From assembly GCA_017499595.2 (NCBI GenBank), contig CM039004.1, positions 1,364,001 through 1,428,000 of the forward strand: 64,000 bases of DNA, written 5' to 3'. The DNA comes from Psilocybe cubensis (lineage: Eukaryota). The translations under genes were made by a program, and so were the position numbers. Positions 39,104 to 53,827 of the stretch are shown in pieces (within the stretch, counting starts at the first letter, position 1; each line of letters opens with the position of its first letter). The notes beneath the pieces were generated by a model. It was not told where the DNA came from. It saw nothing but the letters and a program-made list of their open reading frames with translations, and searched no databases.

Positions 39104-42100
39104 TTACAAATGTGGTGACCAACCTATAAGGGAAAGTAACTTATCATGAGCGAAAGTTGCGCAAAATGAAGAAGTACATACCATGGTAAATGGTTGCCAA
39201 GTTCTGAAGGTCAGTCGCCTCCGCCACTAGTTCGTTGACCGTACTTTCCACGCTTAAAGATTTGTCAAGTTTGCGAGCAACAGAGCTCAAAGCGCGATCA
39301 GCAGCCTCCTCAGCAGAGCCACTGTTGATGTCAATTCCAATCCCCATGTTGAAACGAGCGGCATCCTGAACAATTGGCGCAGCAATTGGTGCCTCTGATT
39401 GTGCTTGCATGACTTTTGTCTCGCTCGCAGTCCTGTGACACAAGAGATGGCATGATGAATTGTATTTAGAATTTGAGAAACGTAAAAAAAACTAACCAAG
39501 TGTGGAGAGGATCATGCTTGAAGACTTCGAGAACCGTCATGATGACTCCAGATTCGTCTCGCAAAACTCTCAAAGTCTCTTCAGCACATCTCTGAAAAAC
39601 ACCCGATGTGCCTGAGATACCCATTCCATCAATGATGTCTGCAGTCATTCGGAAGGGTACTCGTTCTGGGATCGGTAGACGCCTTCCCTAAAAGATATTA
39701 TCAAAAAATGCATCAAAAAAATTATAATGTCATACCTGGTCGAAAGCGATTCCAAGATCGATATGGACAACATCTCCGGTACCATTGTCAATGAGTATGT
39801 TAGAGACGTGTCGATCACCAAGACCAAGTACATGGCCAACGATGGATGTCGTAGCAACACTCCGTGTATATCTTAGACGCATTTTGAACCATGAAATAGG
39901 ATTTTTATGATTTTCCGTAAAATAATGCCTGAAGACAGGTTTGAAGTTCTTCTTGACGTGTTCATAGGCATCTCTTTGTTTGTCGGGTCGGTGTGCATAA
40001 AGGGCCTGATACTTCCTTATTTTATCGGCAACGATTTGTGGTTTCTCGTCTTGAGGTCGATATCTGAGCGCCAGCTCAATGTCAGCATGAGGTAGACATA
40101 TACAGAAGAAAATATTACTTGATGTGTGCTGCCCCCAGCCAATCCCTGAGAGTAGTAGTATTACCGACAAACTCCAGCAGGCCCGCTGTGGAATTTAGAG
40201 GAATAACCTTATAGTCACGAACTTGTAAATGTCGTCGCCGAGTCTCTCGGTCCTGTTTCAAAAGACTATTGACCAGGTCAAAGACTTGTTCCATAACAGC
40301 ATCCTGCCGCAAGTCATCCTTCCCTTCTCCTTTAAACTGTGAGGGGAAATGAGATTTCAGTCAACATAGGTTCGATAAGACCCTAACAGACCAGTTGTTT
40401 ATATGCCCGCCCTTCCATATCTTGGCACTTGCAGATTTTAGGCAAGTTGACGCCACCAGCTGTCGAAAAGGTCCGGGAATAACACTTCAGCCAAGCACAG
40501 TTGTCGTACTTCATTGAAGGGTCCACGGGAATACGCGCGGTTGATACGGGGACCTTCATATTCTGAATTCTCAGAATTTTCATTGCAGAGGGGACATCGT
40601 AGGACGCCTTGTTCTTGTATGCGTCCTTCTTAGAAATTGGAAATACCGCCCACTCTACAATTGCGTCGCATATTTGCTCAACGTCACGTACGCGCTGTCC
40701 AGTAATTGGATCGTCTCTTAGACGGTTGAGAATGTTTGATGCAGCCGCCCCACGTTCAGTTTGAGTGCTCTGCGTAGTCTGAGACGATCCACGTCCGGAT
40801 TGGCGACGATTGAAGTCCGGGGGGATATGGTCAGCCGAGCAATATACTTGGTAAAGGCTATGGAATGGGTGTTCTCGACACATCCTTAAAACCAAATCTT
40901 GGAGGTTCTGTTGAGCTGGCGGTAGGGTTGTCACTGAGGAATGGGCTACTCGAGCCGTGAGTTGGTGCTGTAAAAAGGTCAGCCCAACCGTATTTGCTTA
41001 CAGGAACAGGAAACAGGAAACATAACGTACAGCTAGGAAAACAAGCTTGTGCGAAGGAATTCTTTCTATGCCTTGCCTAACTGCCTCCAGAATAGATAAA
41101 TCATCAAAATTGGCAAACCATAATGAACAGAACCGGACAGCTGAGTCGTTGTCATACCCACTTGAAACTCCAAGGCAACGTGAGTGCATCTCTATCGCTT
41201 GCTTCAAGAACGATTCCCGCAAAGTGTTGTGTCTGTTGAAAAGCTCACTATCTTCTGAAAGAATTTTGTTCGCATTCGCTTGTTCTCTCGTCAGCTCTTT
41301 GTATCGAACTGTGCCCTCGGGTATTGTTGCCATTTCCTGGCTGCGATCTTCAATCTCCCTCTTTTTACGATCAACGTACACCTTCCATCGTAAAGCATCT
41401 GGTGATTTTAAGGTTGTATGATATTGACGTTCTGCAAACATGGCACATTCACGATAAACTGTGGCCTGAGAAGCTTCAGTTATTGGCTGTTGAAGTTCCC
41501 TAAGTTGTTCCAGTAAGTCGACTGCGGGGAAAAAATACTGATCCCAGATTTCAGTTGGCTTTGCCAAATAAGCTTCTGAGGTCCAGGTGCCCAGACTGGA
41601 GAGCCAGAGCGCCTTTTGCTCAAGATCCCAGGACGTGTCCCCAGCGGTCGTGACTTCTACTACATTTTTCAGATATTGGACAGCCATCTTCTCTTCTTTG
41701 TGAACCCACAACACATGAGCAAACTCCGCAGAAACGTTGGAAGTAGGCATTGAATCAAGTTTTTGAGCTTTAACAATGGAATTGAGAGCGATTTGAATTT
41801 TTCCGGAGGATCTGGCAGCTTCGGATAGGCGAATGAGGCAACGCTTCTCGACATCCCTTAGACTGCGCACAGATGGTGATATCAGAGTTCCTATTTGCCG
41901 TCGTTCCTCTTTCTTTCGCACTGAGCGTACCAGTGAGATGCGCGTTGCCATGATCTGTTCCAAATCAGCGAATCTAAAGGAAAGCGAAATCAGATTGGAA
42001 TTCGAAGTGAAGTTGTGCTCACATACTCAAATCGTGTATCCATATCAGCTAAATTGTGCCATTCTTTAGGAACATCATCGGGCCTCAATTCTTGTCCGAT

Positions 42101-45100
42101 TGTCTTCCACCATTCCTTGATTTGACTTAAAGACATGAGATCCCTAGAGACAGCGCGGATTTCGGTTAAATTTTCTGAACCTAAAGAACGTAATCGTCCA
42201 ACTTCTTGACGCAAAGAAGCTTTAATTATGTCCTCCACTGCAATTGGATCGCGTTCCCTGTGAATAGCCCTCAAGGCACGGTAAAGGGGCGACCGCGGAG
42301 CATGGGATTGATCTGGTAGATCCCAATTCTCGGTTCTCCACCCAAGCTCGAAATTGATTGCTGAAAGCTTGCTATCAGATGAGAAGTCGTCCGTAATTTT
42401 TTGCAGAGTATCAACAGCGAGATGATCAAAGCCGAAGGAATGGAAGGAGTCGATGAGCCCTTGTTGTCCAAGATTTGCATTAATGCCCGCTTCCAGAGTT
42501 GCTCCATGAAATCGAAATGCTTTATCCCATTGATGTTCATGATGGAATCGCCTGATTAAAAACTGGTGCAGATCTTGAGTTTTGATCCCGTAAAATCCAT
42601 CCGGTTCATCAATATGTGCATAAATGTCGTACAACACATTCTCGACAATGTTGTTTTCTTGCAAAGTTTTGGCGCCTTCCTCTGCCGCAAGTTCCACGAA
42701 CAAAAGAGCAGTGGTATATGCACCACACGAGATAGCGCTTTTGGCGAGAAGAGTAAAATCGATCTCCAACCAATGATTATATGACAGACGATCTGTTGGG
42801 TATGGTAGAAAATAGCGCAAGTGCAAAACAACGTCAACAATTGCTCGCAGGCAAGCATTATCTGTGGATCCGGATAGGAGAATTAGCGAAAAATATTCAG
42901 ATAAAATTTTCTTGAAAGATTGGACCCCGTCTCTATCGCTGTGAAGTAGTGTAAATACAAGAATGGGAAACACTTCTTCGGCGAAGTTGGTGTCTGATGT
43001 AAGAATGGATGACAGCTGACCATAGAATAGATTGATCTTGGACAGGTTGTTGCTTAACAATATCGTCATCAGTGAAATCCATCGAGGAAAGTTGGTGGCG
43101 GCCTCAATATATGCATCAGACTTCAAGAGATCAGCCATAGGGACAACTTGAAGAGTCAAGGGTGACCGCCGATGAACCTTGAATAATTTCAATGCTGTTC
43201 TATTTTCATGAGAGAGACCTAGCTCCTGGCTTGGGGTCGAAGAGACAGCTGCAATGAACCGTAAAGTGCTATATGCATTATACACATTCACTGGTTTCTC
43301 GTCTTCCAGCATTATGAGAAGCGCCAGTGTTATAGCATCGCGGGCCGGGTCGATTTTGCTTTCGTTAGGAGTCGGTTTTGACTTCAAATTGCGGACATGA
43401 CGGGTGCGAGCTTTGTTCAGGTTATGTAATTCAACGTCAAAGCTTTGAATGTGTCCATGATGTAAAAAAATAAGATCCGCGAAGGACTCAAGGTCTTGCT
43501 CTTGCAGCATTTCAGGGAGAGGCATACAATCTTTGAAACGCCAAAAGTAAGTATTGGCAAACTCGTCGTCATTATCGTAACCATATCGTTCTGTTTGTTC
43601 TTTGAAACGCCGCACTATGCGAAATTTGTTTGAAGTAATTTGGTGATCTTCGAGAACGGATATTAAGCTCTGAAGTGATGTTTGATCGAAGAGTGGAAGA
43701 AGCTCCGATGAGGGCAGTCTGGGCCAAGCAGGTAGGGCTCGCATGATAGCGTTATCTGTAGTGGATGCCTTACTCATTTCAAGTGCTTGTTCGTCAACCC
43801 ATGACTGTAGATCTTGCCCTAGCTTCGAGATAGCAGTGTCGTGGGCGTTTGTAACATAATCATGGGCAATGGAGCATATGCGTATGAAAGCGTTTGAAAA
43901 GCGGGCATCTTTAACATTTACATTTTTGTAATGTCGGAATACTAAATCAAGAAGAGACTGAGCGGATCGTGCCAAATCCCATTGAGATATAAGGAGTGTT
44001 GCTCCTTGAAGTATGACCTGGTGAATGATTACGTCTTGCATATCCTGGTGCTGGATGGCCAACCACAGAGTCAGTGCATTGACTAGACGAAGTTGTTCGT
44101 TGACTAGAGGAGTCCGATGAATTTCGTTCATTAAGCCTTGGATAACGTGATACGTAGTCGCTACACTGAAGGCACTGGGATAGGTTTTCTTCAACAACGC
44201 CAATCCATCGAGCACAGTTTGTGTATGATACATTGGGCGATTCGGTGGATGCGTCGAAAAGGTATCAAATCGGCGGAAGATATTGGCACGTACAAAAGTG
44301 CGCATGGATCGATTGCCATCGTCATGTTGTTGCAACGCCGAGGCCATTGGACCGTTGTCTGAACAATCTTGATCACCCAAAGACCGAAATAGTTGAATCA
44401 CGATACCATCCATGTTCTCTTCACATAAAGACTTGAAATTAGAAGTATCAGAAAGCTTTCCTTGAATGAAAGCATCCAGCTCTGCCAATGGGTCCAGATG
44501 TTGTGGAATGTTGCCGAGGGATTCTAATATCCAAAAGCCTACGATTTCTCCAAAGCAATCTTCTACGCCTTTAGACAATGGTTTCTGGACCATTTTGCAA
44601 TGCCTTCCAAATTCTTCGATCCTATCGTGTAAAATATGGGTTGGCGCCAAGACCCGAAATGTAGCTTCCGAAAACTGCTTTCTGTCGTGATAACCCAATA
44701 TCTGGGGCGGAAAATGCATAAAATCTTTATCAGTGGCGTTGACACAATGTACGATTTGTGTCATATATGCTTCAAAAAGCGCTGAAAATGGGGAAATGCC
44801 TAGTCTGGTAGAAACACCCATGAGGATGGATTCTATATGTGTGGAGTAAGCCTCGTGATAAAGAGAGGCTTCTAGTAAGTGCCAATAGGATCCCCCACGA
44901 AGTGCCGAATTAACGATCATGATATTTCCTAGAGCCAACAACCTCGTCAAAATGTGTTCAAACCTAAAAAAGATTTCATTTAGAAATCAGAAATTAAATA
45001 GAGAAAATAAAGCCACTTACGCATCAAGGTCTATGGGAAGAGAATCGGCAATACGGCCATATGTGTCTGTACCTCTTTCTGAAGAAAGGTTAGACATAAT

Positions 45101-48100
45101 TGTAGCCACGCGAAAACGAACTCTCGTGTCATGGTCGGTGTTCATGGCAAGCAACATGGAGGTCGGAAATTCCTGAGCATTTTGCCCCGGCCAAAATTTC
45201 TCATCCGAGTCTACCAACAAATATTCATCTAGAAATTGTGCAAATGCATCTCGTAATATCCATGATCGGAATCCAAGAGGGACCTTCTTATTCTCGTCCA
45301 CGACGAATGTTCGACAAAGCCAAGAGCTTAGATCGCGAAATTGACTTCGAACTTTTTGATTCATTGGGTCCTTACCTTCCCACTTCCCAATACTCGACAT
45401 TAGGAGGTATATTACCAATCGATGAAAGCGTTCATTCCGGGAAAAGGGGTATCGTCGAAGCAAATTTCCAAAGACGTCAAAAAAGTCAGAGAGCTGTTTG
45501 GTAGATAGATGCAATATGCCCTGTCGAAGTGCGTTGAGGTAGATAGGACAAATAACAACAAATCTTTCTGGGCGGGTGTTTGCACCTTCAAGGATACTAC
45601 GAGCCAAGTCTTTGTCTTGGTTTGCCTCCGCAGATAGTGACTGGAGAAAGGGGCCGTAAGAAAGAACACCAATACATATTCGGAAAATATGTTCAATGGG
45701 CCTATCACTACTTTCTCCACCGTCGAGTGTTGAGCTTTGATGAGCGGTTCGGATTGACCCAAATCCGTCATGGTCCTCTTGATCTTTACCAAAACCATTT
45801 GAACTAACAGATTTTCCTAACAGGAGCTCTGACATTGTTGCTCGGAGAGTTGAAGTTGCCAAGTCAAGTGCATCCTGTAGCTAAAAGAGCTATTAGTAAC
45901 CATCATGAGATGGTACATGGTGGAATAACCTACATCGACGTTTTGCCAAATCATACGGAGAACGTGATGAGATTCTCTCGTATCTTCCGCTGGGCCACTA
46001 TGATGACTGTGAAGTAGTTTTAATAGCACCTGCGCCTTGATCCCTGAATGACCGCCAGGTACACCAAGAGGACCATGGAAGTCATCCACCTGAATTGTAT
46101 GATCATTGCCAGTTAAAATTTCCAGAGAATGAGCTAATAGGAGCCTTTCTGTTATGGACCACCGTGTATCATTTATAAGGACAACAAGAGCGGATAAAAG
46201 TTTGGCTGAACTCTGAACAACTTGTCTGTTGGATGGTGTACCGTTTAGTGATAGAAGAGTTTCAAAAATGATGCCAATGATGGCAATGTCTATCGACTGA
46301 CGCGTTGTTTCGATTGTCGGATGAATGCCACTGTCCTTAGTGGCATTCCATCTCTCAATCAGGGCTTCCAAAGAGTGCAGCAAAAACGACGACATCTTGC
46401 GCGCCCTGACATTAGATACAGCGAGTTGCGAGCTATCAGAAGGATGGTTGTTGTGAGTGCTAAAAGATTTTGCAGATAGGAGATTGGGCACTGGATCGTT
46501 GTTGAGAACGAAAGGAGGCAGTTTGGCATGCAGAACGTAATCTTGAACGACTCGGACCTTATTTTCCTTCAAGATGGTGTCGGTAATTTGAGACTGAGGT
46601 ATCAAGGGCTGGACAACCAACCCGCTCCGTTTTGAGAGGCCACATATGGTTTCAAGTAGAAACAAGATATCTGCAACTGTATTTGTAGGCATCTTCATTT
46701 TGTTTCCCGTGATTTCCCAGGCATCGACAAGCCAACTTGCAATTTTATCCTCAAGATGCATGCGGTAAAGCCGAGAGTCCTGGCTTGCAATTAACAAGCA
46801 CTGTGACAAAAACCTGCATACCGAGTCAAATGGATAAGGAGGACCTTGAATGTCCATATCCTTAGTCAACGTTTCGATCTCGGACAAGATACGATGAGAA
46901 GAAAGGGAGGCAGTCGAAGATTTGGAGATGTAGGGATGTGAAAACAAAATGGTGTATCCAGCGTGACAAGCTGCACGACATATAGCAGGAACATTGACTC
47001 TGCGGACTGCATGGGTCCAAATCGAGTCCCATTTCATAATGTCTATTGTCGTAGGCATCAGACGACGTGCCAACGAACCCTCCGCTTGAATGACCGCGGT
47101 GAAGTTTAAAAACACCCATGATTGAACTACAGCATGCTCAGCGACAACATTCTGTAAAAGAGTGTCGACAATCTGTTCCTTCAGTTTGCTATGAAGAGTA
47201 GACCAATAATGGTCTATAACGAAGAGCAACGTTTGTAGGTGGTAACAACGCGTGGTTGGCAATGTTACTGAGTGAATTAAATTCAATATCGAGAGAACGG
47301 GGTCAACCGGCTTGCGTTTAATTCCTGTACGTGAAAGGCCGGTACCGTAGGTAGAGTCCATTGATTCTGAAAATTGGTATAACTGACTTAAGATTAACCT
47401 ATAAGGCTGAAACACGATAACCCTAAGCTCTTACCTGTCCCACACAATTGGCATATAATTCAAGTACGGCCCACGATAAAGCTTGATCAGCGTCGAAGTT
47501 CCAACCCGCTCGAAAGGTTTTCGCCACGAATATTTCGTTGGATTGTTTATCTTCCTCATCAAAACCAATGTTCTGTAGCCTTAGAGCGTCAAGTGAGAGA
47601 CCAGCAATCCCCCACCGGTTTTCAGTTTCGCCAGCTAGTAGGTCCTTCAACCTCCCAAATTCTTTTGCACAATCAAATTGAGGGAGTTTTGACCGTTTAA
47701 TTTCAACAGGACACATCGTAAATGGCAAAAGTTGCCGGAGAATATCTATGATCCCAGCTTTTATGCTTTTGTCTTTGGTTCCCCATAACCCTACTAGGGC
47801 ACTCCAAGCAGACCGAGAGAATTTAGCCACTTCGAATTTCTTGTTAAGAGAAATATGAGAAAGCGTGGAGGATAATATCGAGAGGAAATCATGAAGAAGG
47901 GATGAGTCTGATGGATAACGTTGCAAGAACTGTTCGAGCCGCTGAAGGATTGCCGATGGAAGATTTGAAAACCTCAGAATAGGCGCAATGGGCGATCCAA
48001 TCATGATAGATAGGAGAGACGCGAACTCCACTTGTTCAAGAGATACAGGTGTCCTATAAATGCCAGGTGCATTTCGGGGGGACTGGATGGGTGTTGGGGG

Positions 48101-48862
48101 GCTATGTGTTCGAGGACGCTTTTTACTGGTCGAAGGAGTAGCAGCAGGGGTTCGGCGACGTTTCTTATCATTGGCGGTCGCCAAAGATGAAAGATTGTCG
48201 GAGTCAGTACCATCCATGTCCTCATCCATTTCTTCGCTGTCATCCTCGTACATGTCTGAATCGACCTGGCGCGCCTCGTCCTCGTCCTCCGCTCCCACAT
48301 ATTTTCCAGCAAATCGCGATTGTATGGGTTCATCCAAAATGACATTGAAGCTCATTTGCACAATACTAATCCACATATCGTCGTCCAGGTGTTCAAGGTG
48401 CGGTGTATACGAGACAAGACATTTCAAAGCCTTAGCATAATCCAAGGCTACTGGTGTAAACAATTCGGCGTCGGCTGTCGGCCTAGAAGGCAGCATCGAT
48501 ATAAGATGGCTAAACACGACCCTGGCAATTGTTTTGGTCATGAATTGCACAGTACGTTCGATCAGCCATCGAACTGTACTGGCTGCTTCAGAGAGCCTTC
48601 GAAGAGAGGCAGCAGTCGAGGGTCCGGATTTTGTCCTTTGTGTGGAGGCTTTCTTCTCTATCTGAACGGTGCTGAACAAGGCCTGAAAGATGGCAAGCCA
48701 ATGCTTAGGTAGACGATTCCCTTCTTCATTATACTGGAGGCTTGCTAACACTCTGTCCTGGGAGAAAGCCTCTCGCAGAGCAACTAATGCATCTTGACGC
48801 TGCTTAACTTTGTCGCTCTTCAGATTTTCGATAATAGACTTTAGTGCGGTGAGGTTGCTCAT
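39104..48862 (-). CDS. TEL1: ATM/Tel1 PIKK kinase
   Basis: N-terminal TAN-like [16 protein letters not shown] region ([10 protein letters not shown]); kinase [77 protein letters not shown]. Confidence 0.95.
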
Positions 48863-49878
48863 AAATTGAGATGGATATCATCAACGATCAAAGGTTATGC
48901 TATCATGGATTAGTCCGACGAGATATTCTGAAGCAATGAGCCTGAAGCGTTTCGCTAACTCACAAAAAATATGCGTCAATGAATAACGGGTATAACGAGA
49001 CTCAGTTATCGTCAATTACAGTAAATCACAGTCGCAATCTTGAAGGCGAAAAAACACAATGTGTGAAGTGAAAGGGTGAAAGAGATTGATTTACAACAAA
49101 CGGTGAAGTAGAATGAATCATAGTTTGTAGATCAGTGACCCCGGCATCTCGCAGCCGACACGCGTTATTTGGCCTTGTTTGGCTACGCCAGAAACACGTA
49201 TATAAGCGCCAAAATTTTACTTTCTTGGTATTAACCACTTTGTCTCCCTTTTCCTACAACGAATTCATTTTGTTTTGGCTTTTTTTTTCACTCTCGTCTC
49301 TTGTGTGATTCATTTCTGTTCCATCTTATTCTTCATGGCCTATTTCTGCCCGAGCAGTGCTTATATGCATCCATGCTGCTATCGGTTCTGGTGAAGTGCC
49401 TATAACGACGAACTGCGACTGTCTAATCAACAGTCGGATGGCTAGTATATGACTACGGGCGTCTTCTCCATTGAAGTGCTCAGCCGTTATATCTACCCTA
49501 TATATCCACCCTTTTCTGTTGCTTTCTTGTTGTAGCGTTATGTTTTGGTACCTATCTCAAATATAATCGTTTTCTATACCATCCATATACATAGTAAATG
49601 ATCAGCGCATCACCTTTCAGGGTATCCTATTACAAAGGTAAAATTTTAAAGAGTTTGATTTTTGCTCTACGTGGTCTGAATCTGGGGCGATGTGGAGAAA
49701 TCACATTTGGATGTGCATTGTGTTGACAATTCTAGCTACTGTATAAATGTGACTACTGAATACATGCTTGAAGTGGAAAAAGCGAAAGAGAAATAGGCTA
49801 GGTTTGACCAAAGAAATATTCTACGTTTATACTAAAAATTGCAAAGGTCCATAGATACCAATGTGTTAATAAATATAT

Positions 49879-51500
49879 TTAATGGGAGGCTGTGAAGGTT
49901 TGGGCACCAGCAACACTTTCCATACGATTTGAAGGAGATACATTCTCATGGACAGCAGCGATCGGGACATCGCCATTGGAATTCTCCTTGGTTTGAAGGA
50001 TCTTGGAGATGGTGTGGGCAAGGGGGGAAGGCTCAGACTCCATGGCAATCTTCAAAAACCATGGTTTGCTCATGTAGTTTCGGATACTGATGAAAAGGAA
50101 AATAAGAACAAAAAGTGGTAAACATGACTGCGCTGAGAGACTCACCCGTCAGGAAGAAGAACAACGACGTTCTTTCCAGGTGTATTAGCAATGTCTTTGC
50201 CGGCATCGCTCTTCAAAAACTTGAGAGCGCCAGCGAGAGCACTGCCACTGCTTCCACCGACAAGAAGACCCTCAGATCGCATAAGTGCCTGAACGGCAGA
50301 GAATGACTCTTCGTCCGCAGTTTTGATCCATGTATCCACTTCCGAACGATCAAGAACATCAGGGACGAAGTCGTAACCAATTCCTTCAACGATATATGCT
50401 TCGCCGTTGTTGGCTGTATTCAGATTTTCAGGCTGAGCCAAGATGCTGCCTTTCTGTCGACATTATAAGTAAAAGTAGATGATGAGAAACTTTTTTTGGC
50501 ATACAGGATCAATAGCAACAACTGTGCACTCCGCGTTATGCGTCTTCTTAATGGCACGGGCAATTCCAGTGACAGTTCCTCCGGTACCAGCACCAGCGAC
50601 CATTACATCGACCTTCTCAGTCGAAGGCCTCGACGAGGTAGATGGTGTCGAGACGACTGCCTCAATGATTTCAGGGCCAGTGGTCAGCTCATGCGCAAGT
50701 GGGTTATTCAGCTAGTGATATTATTAATCACACAGACCCTAAAGATAAACAGAAGGACGTACGTTGCGGTATTGATCCAAAATAATTCCGTAAGGGATTT
50801 CACGCTGAAGGCGGTTGGCAACACCTGCGATCGTTAAGGAATTCAGCCACGAGACTACCGGGGAGACGAGTAGGGGCTCTACCTATATGACTTTCTGGAG
50901 AATCCCAAGCTGCCTCCGTTGGAGTACGAATGACTTCGGCACCCAGAGCTCGAAGAAGAGCTTCTTTTTCCTATGTGAACGAAAGTGAAGTGAGAAAAAA
51001 AACATTGTGATCCGCAGAAAAACGCACCAAAGACATCTTGTTAGGGAGGGTTATGATGACTGAATAACCCTTATCTATAGTATTCAGTACATGTAATCAG
51101 AACCGTTTCAGTGGTCGCTTTACCTTGATGGCACACGCCATGGCCAATCCAATGCCTGAAAAAAAAGTAAGTAAAAGATAAACAAATTTTCAATTTTCAA
51201 ACGTACCAGTATTGCCAGAGGTGGGCTCGATAACGACGCTTTTGCCCGCGATTAGCTTTCCATCCCGCTCAGCCGCCTCTACCATGGCCTTTGCGATTCT
51301 ATCCTTCACCGATCCGCCGGCAGACATAAACTCCACTTTACCCACTAGAGAGGATTGTCAATAAATTTAATAAGACGATATGCAGACTTTGGCTTACAAA
51401 GATTGCACTTCAAGTCGTTCGCTTTCGCAATTTTGTCAAGGCGAATCAACGGTGTGTGTCCAACACCACCAAGCGCGTTATCCAAGATTTGGGAAGGCAT
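49879..51500 (-). CDS. CYS4: Cystathionine beta-synthase (PLP fold type II), catalytic domain only
   Basis: [81 protein letters not shown] and LPDGIRNYMSK are CBS-type rather than OASS-type motifs. Confidence 0.88.
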
Positions 51501-52438
51501 CTCAAGCAACGAAAAAAAAAATTGTTCGAAAGAGACGAAGGAGAAGGAAGTGGTGGTGGTGGTGGTGGTTAAACAGTAAGAGATCAGAGTAATAGCATGC
51601 GAGGGTGGCTAAACGTATTGAGATGCTCGGCCTCAGCCGCTGGGCGCTTCCGTGCCGCTGACGGAACAACGGGCGGATCTCAGACATCTATGTCACGCCA
51701 TGTGCGCCTCTTACCACCTCTCCACATAGTTGAACGCAGAGCAGACCCAAAATTTCTCAAGACTTGACTTCGTTTTTCCTTTTTATCAGAATTCATTCTC
51801 TCCTCCGCGTGCACATGCAAAAATTGAAGCCAGATAATCCAGGGAGAACCCTCTGGTGCAATACCGCGTTAAAATTATTCAAACCTGATTTCTTGGCTTG
51901 GCCATTGGCCGCTGCGAAACGCTCGGTGTGGCAGCATGAGCTTGTCCTGAGCTTGTCCTGAGCACATGTATTACCCATGCAATGGTGTCATCCAGTACTC
52001 GTATGATACTCATCCATGGATGGTTACATTCTTCCTGGAGTCTTGTTTGAATTCAGAACACTCGGCAGAGTACTATCACCAGCAGAAACCCGGACTGGTA
52101 GACTTACCTACAGTCATCGCTGACATGGATGCTTGGAGGTCCAGAACTCGATGCTAGCTACCTAGGCTAGTGCGGAGGCCCGAAGAACGTGCACCCTTAA
52201 AACAAACTTGCCTGTGTTCATCTATCTGGTGACTTGGTCTGGCAAACCATATTCTTCAGAACTGTGCCTTGATTACAGTGTCCCATGGCCATGTTATCTT
52301 GACCGAGATAACCACGCCCATCACTCCAAAAACGCTGATCGCGCTCGCGATTCTAACTTTAGACTTGCACATCGCTGACAAGGGAAACAGTGCACTGTTC
52401 TTGGGATATGATTGAATCACAACTCTGATGGACACAGG

Positions 52439-53014
52439 TACTGAATTTATACCCTGCGCTTTAATTTAGTTGTCGCTGACGTCAACTTGAATATACAGAC
52501 GTCCGCGTACTCTTGAATTCGTACCCCAAATTGCAGAGGTCAGAAATCATGTCGCAGTTATCCTCGTCGCTGTCAGTCGCCCTTCAGGACAGGTTTCTAT
52601 CACATTGCATATTCTTCTTCCATCACCTCATCAAAAATCTCTGCGTAAACCACCTTTATTTGTGGCCTCTCTCCGCGCCTGCTTCGATCCCCCCGGTGTC
52701 TCCCCCGATGATAAACCCAACATCACTCCGGAGTGCGGCTATGCTCTCCATGAAATCATTTACCACTCTCATCTTGTGTCTCTATTTTCTGACTGGCCTG
52801 TTTTATTGCCGTTTGCGGCCTCTTAACCAGCCCATAGTCCTCACCGAGCGCATCATGAAAGTCTGCGATGGCGGAAAGTCCTGATTGATGATACTGAATT
52901 TATCTCTTTCTCAGTTTGGTCCTCACTGACGTCAACTTGAGCATATAAATATTTGCTTACTCTTACATTTCTACCCCAAATCACTGAGGTCAGAGATGAG
53001 GTCGCAGTTATCCT
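52439..53014. repeat. Pair of diverged direct repeats of about 125 bp (52439-52564 and 52892-53014)
   Basis: The blocks tactgaatttat, ctgacgtcaacttga, tactctt, taccccaaat, gaggtcaga and gtcgcagttatcct occur in the same order in both copies. Confidence 0.8.
52660..52885 (+). pseudogene. Degenerate fragment of the RING region of the downstream Far1/Ste5-like gene
   Basis: ...PDDKPNITPECGYALHE vs ...PGEKPHIVPECGHALHE (about 56570-56620); ggcctgttttattgccgttt vs ggcctgtttcgtcgctgtct; MKVCDGGKS vs MKVGDGDGGKS. Confidence 0.7.
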
Positions 53015-53770
53015 TTACAACTACCTATTTCTGTCATAGCGAAACAAGTCAAGCTATGCAATAAGCATCCCGTACGCGATTTATAACCTCTACTAGCTCT
53101 ACTAGCTCACGTTTACGAAGAAAATGTCGGCGGCCGTAAATACCTTCCCTGCTGCCAAATAGAACGCAGCAACACCCGCTGCGCAAAACCACGCAAATTT
53201 CGGTTTTACAATTACACGACCGTACCGCTATCTAATCTCAATCTCACATAAACCAGGCGAACACATATTATAATTTATATTTGGTCACTGTGGGATTGCA
53301 TCATCTCGACTTTTGGTTTTTACTCGGTGCCTTTCTTTTTATAAAAGTAAGTACGTATGTATTACCGTGTTCTTGTTACCTTATGTTCTACCGTCTTATC
53401 ATCACCCAGCTTCATTTTTACCCGTCAGTTGTGATTGTCCTTTTGTCAGTTGTCAAACATAGAGCATTGTAGGACACACGATAACCTTGGAAGAATGAGG
53501 CTATGCAAAGACATCATGTTTGATGTTTTTTGAACCCATGCTTAAATCGGCACCTTCAGTACTATGAGATCTTGTGGAATTCCTTGAAGCTTGATGGGTG
53601 GTTCTATCATTTTCTATTCTCTATTCTCTACCGTTCCATGGCCTTCCGTACATTGGCGGACGAGGATAGCCGAGAGAGCCGAGTTGAGGTTCTATCTCGA
53701 CTCTTTTTGATAGACATTGGATGTTAACGCAGGATGTACGTTCGAATTGTTCGACTTTTGGACGCGTCTG

Positions 53771-53827
53771 TCGCCACCGCCGCCGCCATCGCCATCGCCA
53801 CCTCCATTTCCATTTCCATTTGCATTT
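53771..53827. repeat. Compound microsatellite (CGC/CGCCAT/TCCATT)
   Basis: cgccaccgccgccgccatcgccatcgccacctccatttccatttccatttgcattt. Confidence 0.7.

Noticed and set aside
51541-51570. (GTG)n tract giving poly-V/W/H ORFs
   Set aside because: Simple microsatellite in the 5' region of the CBS gene.
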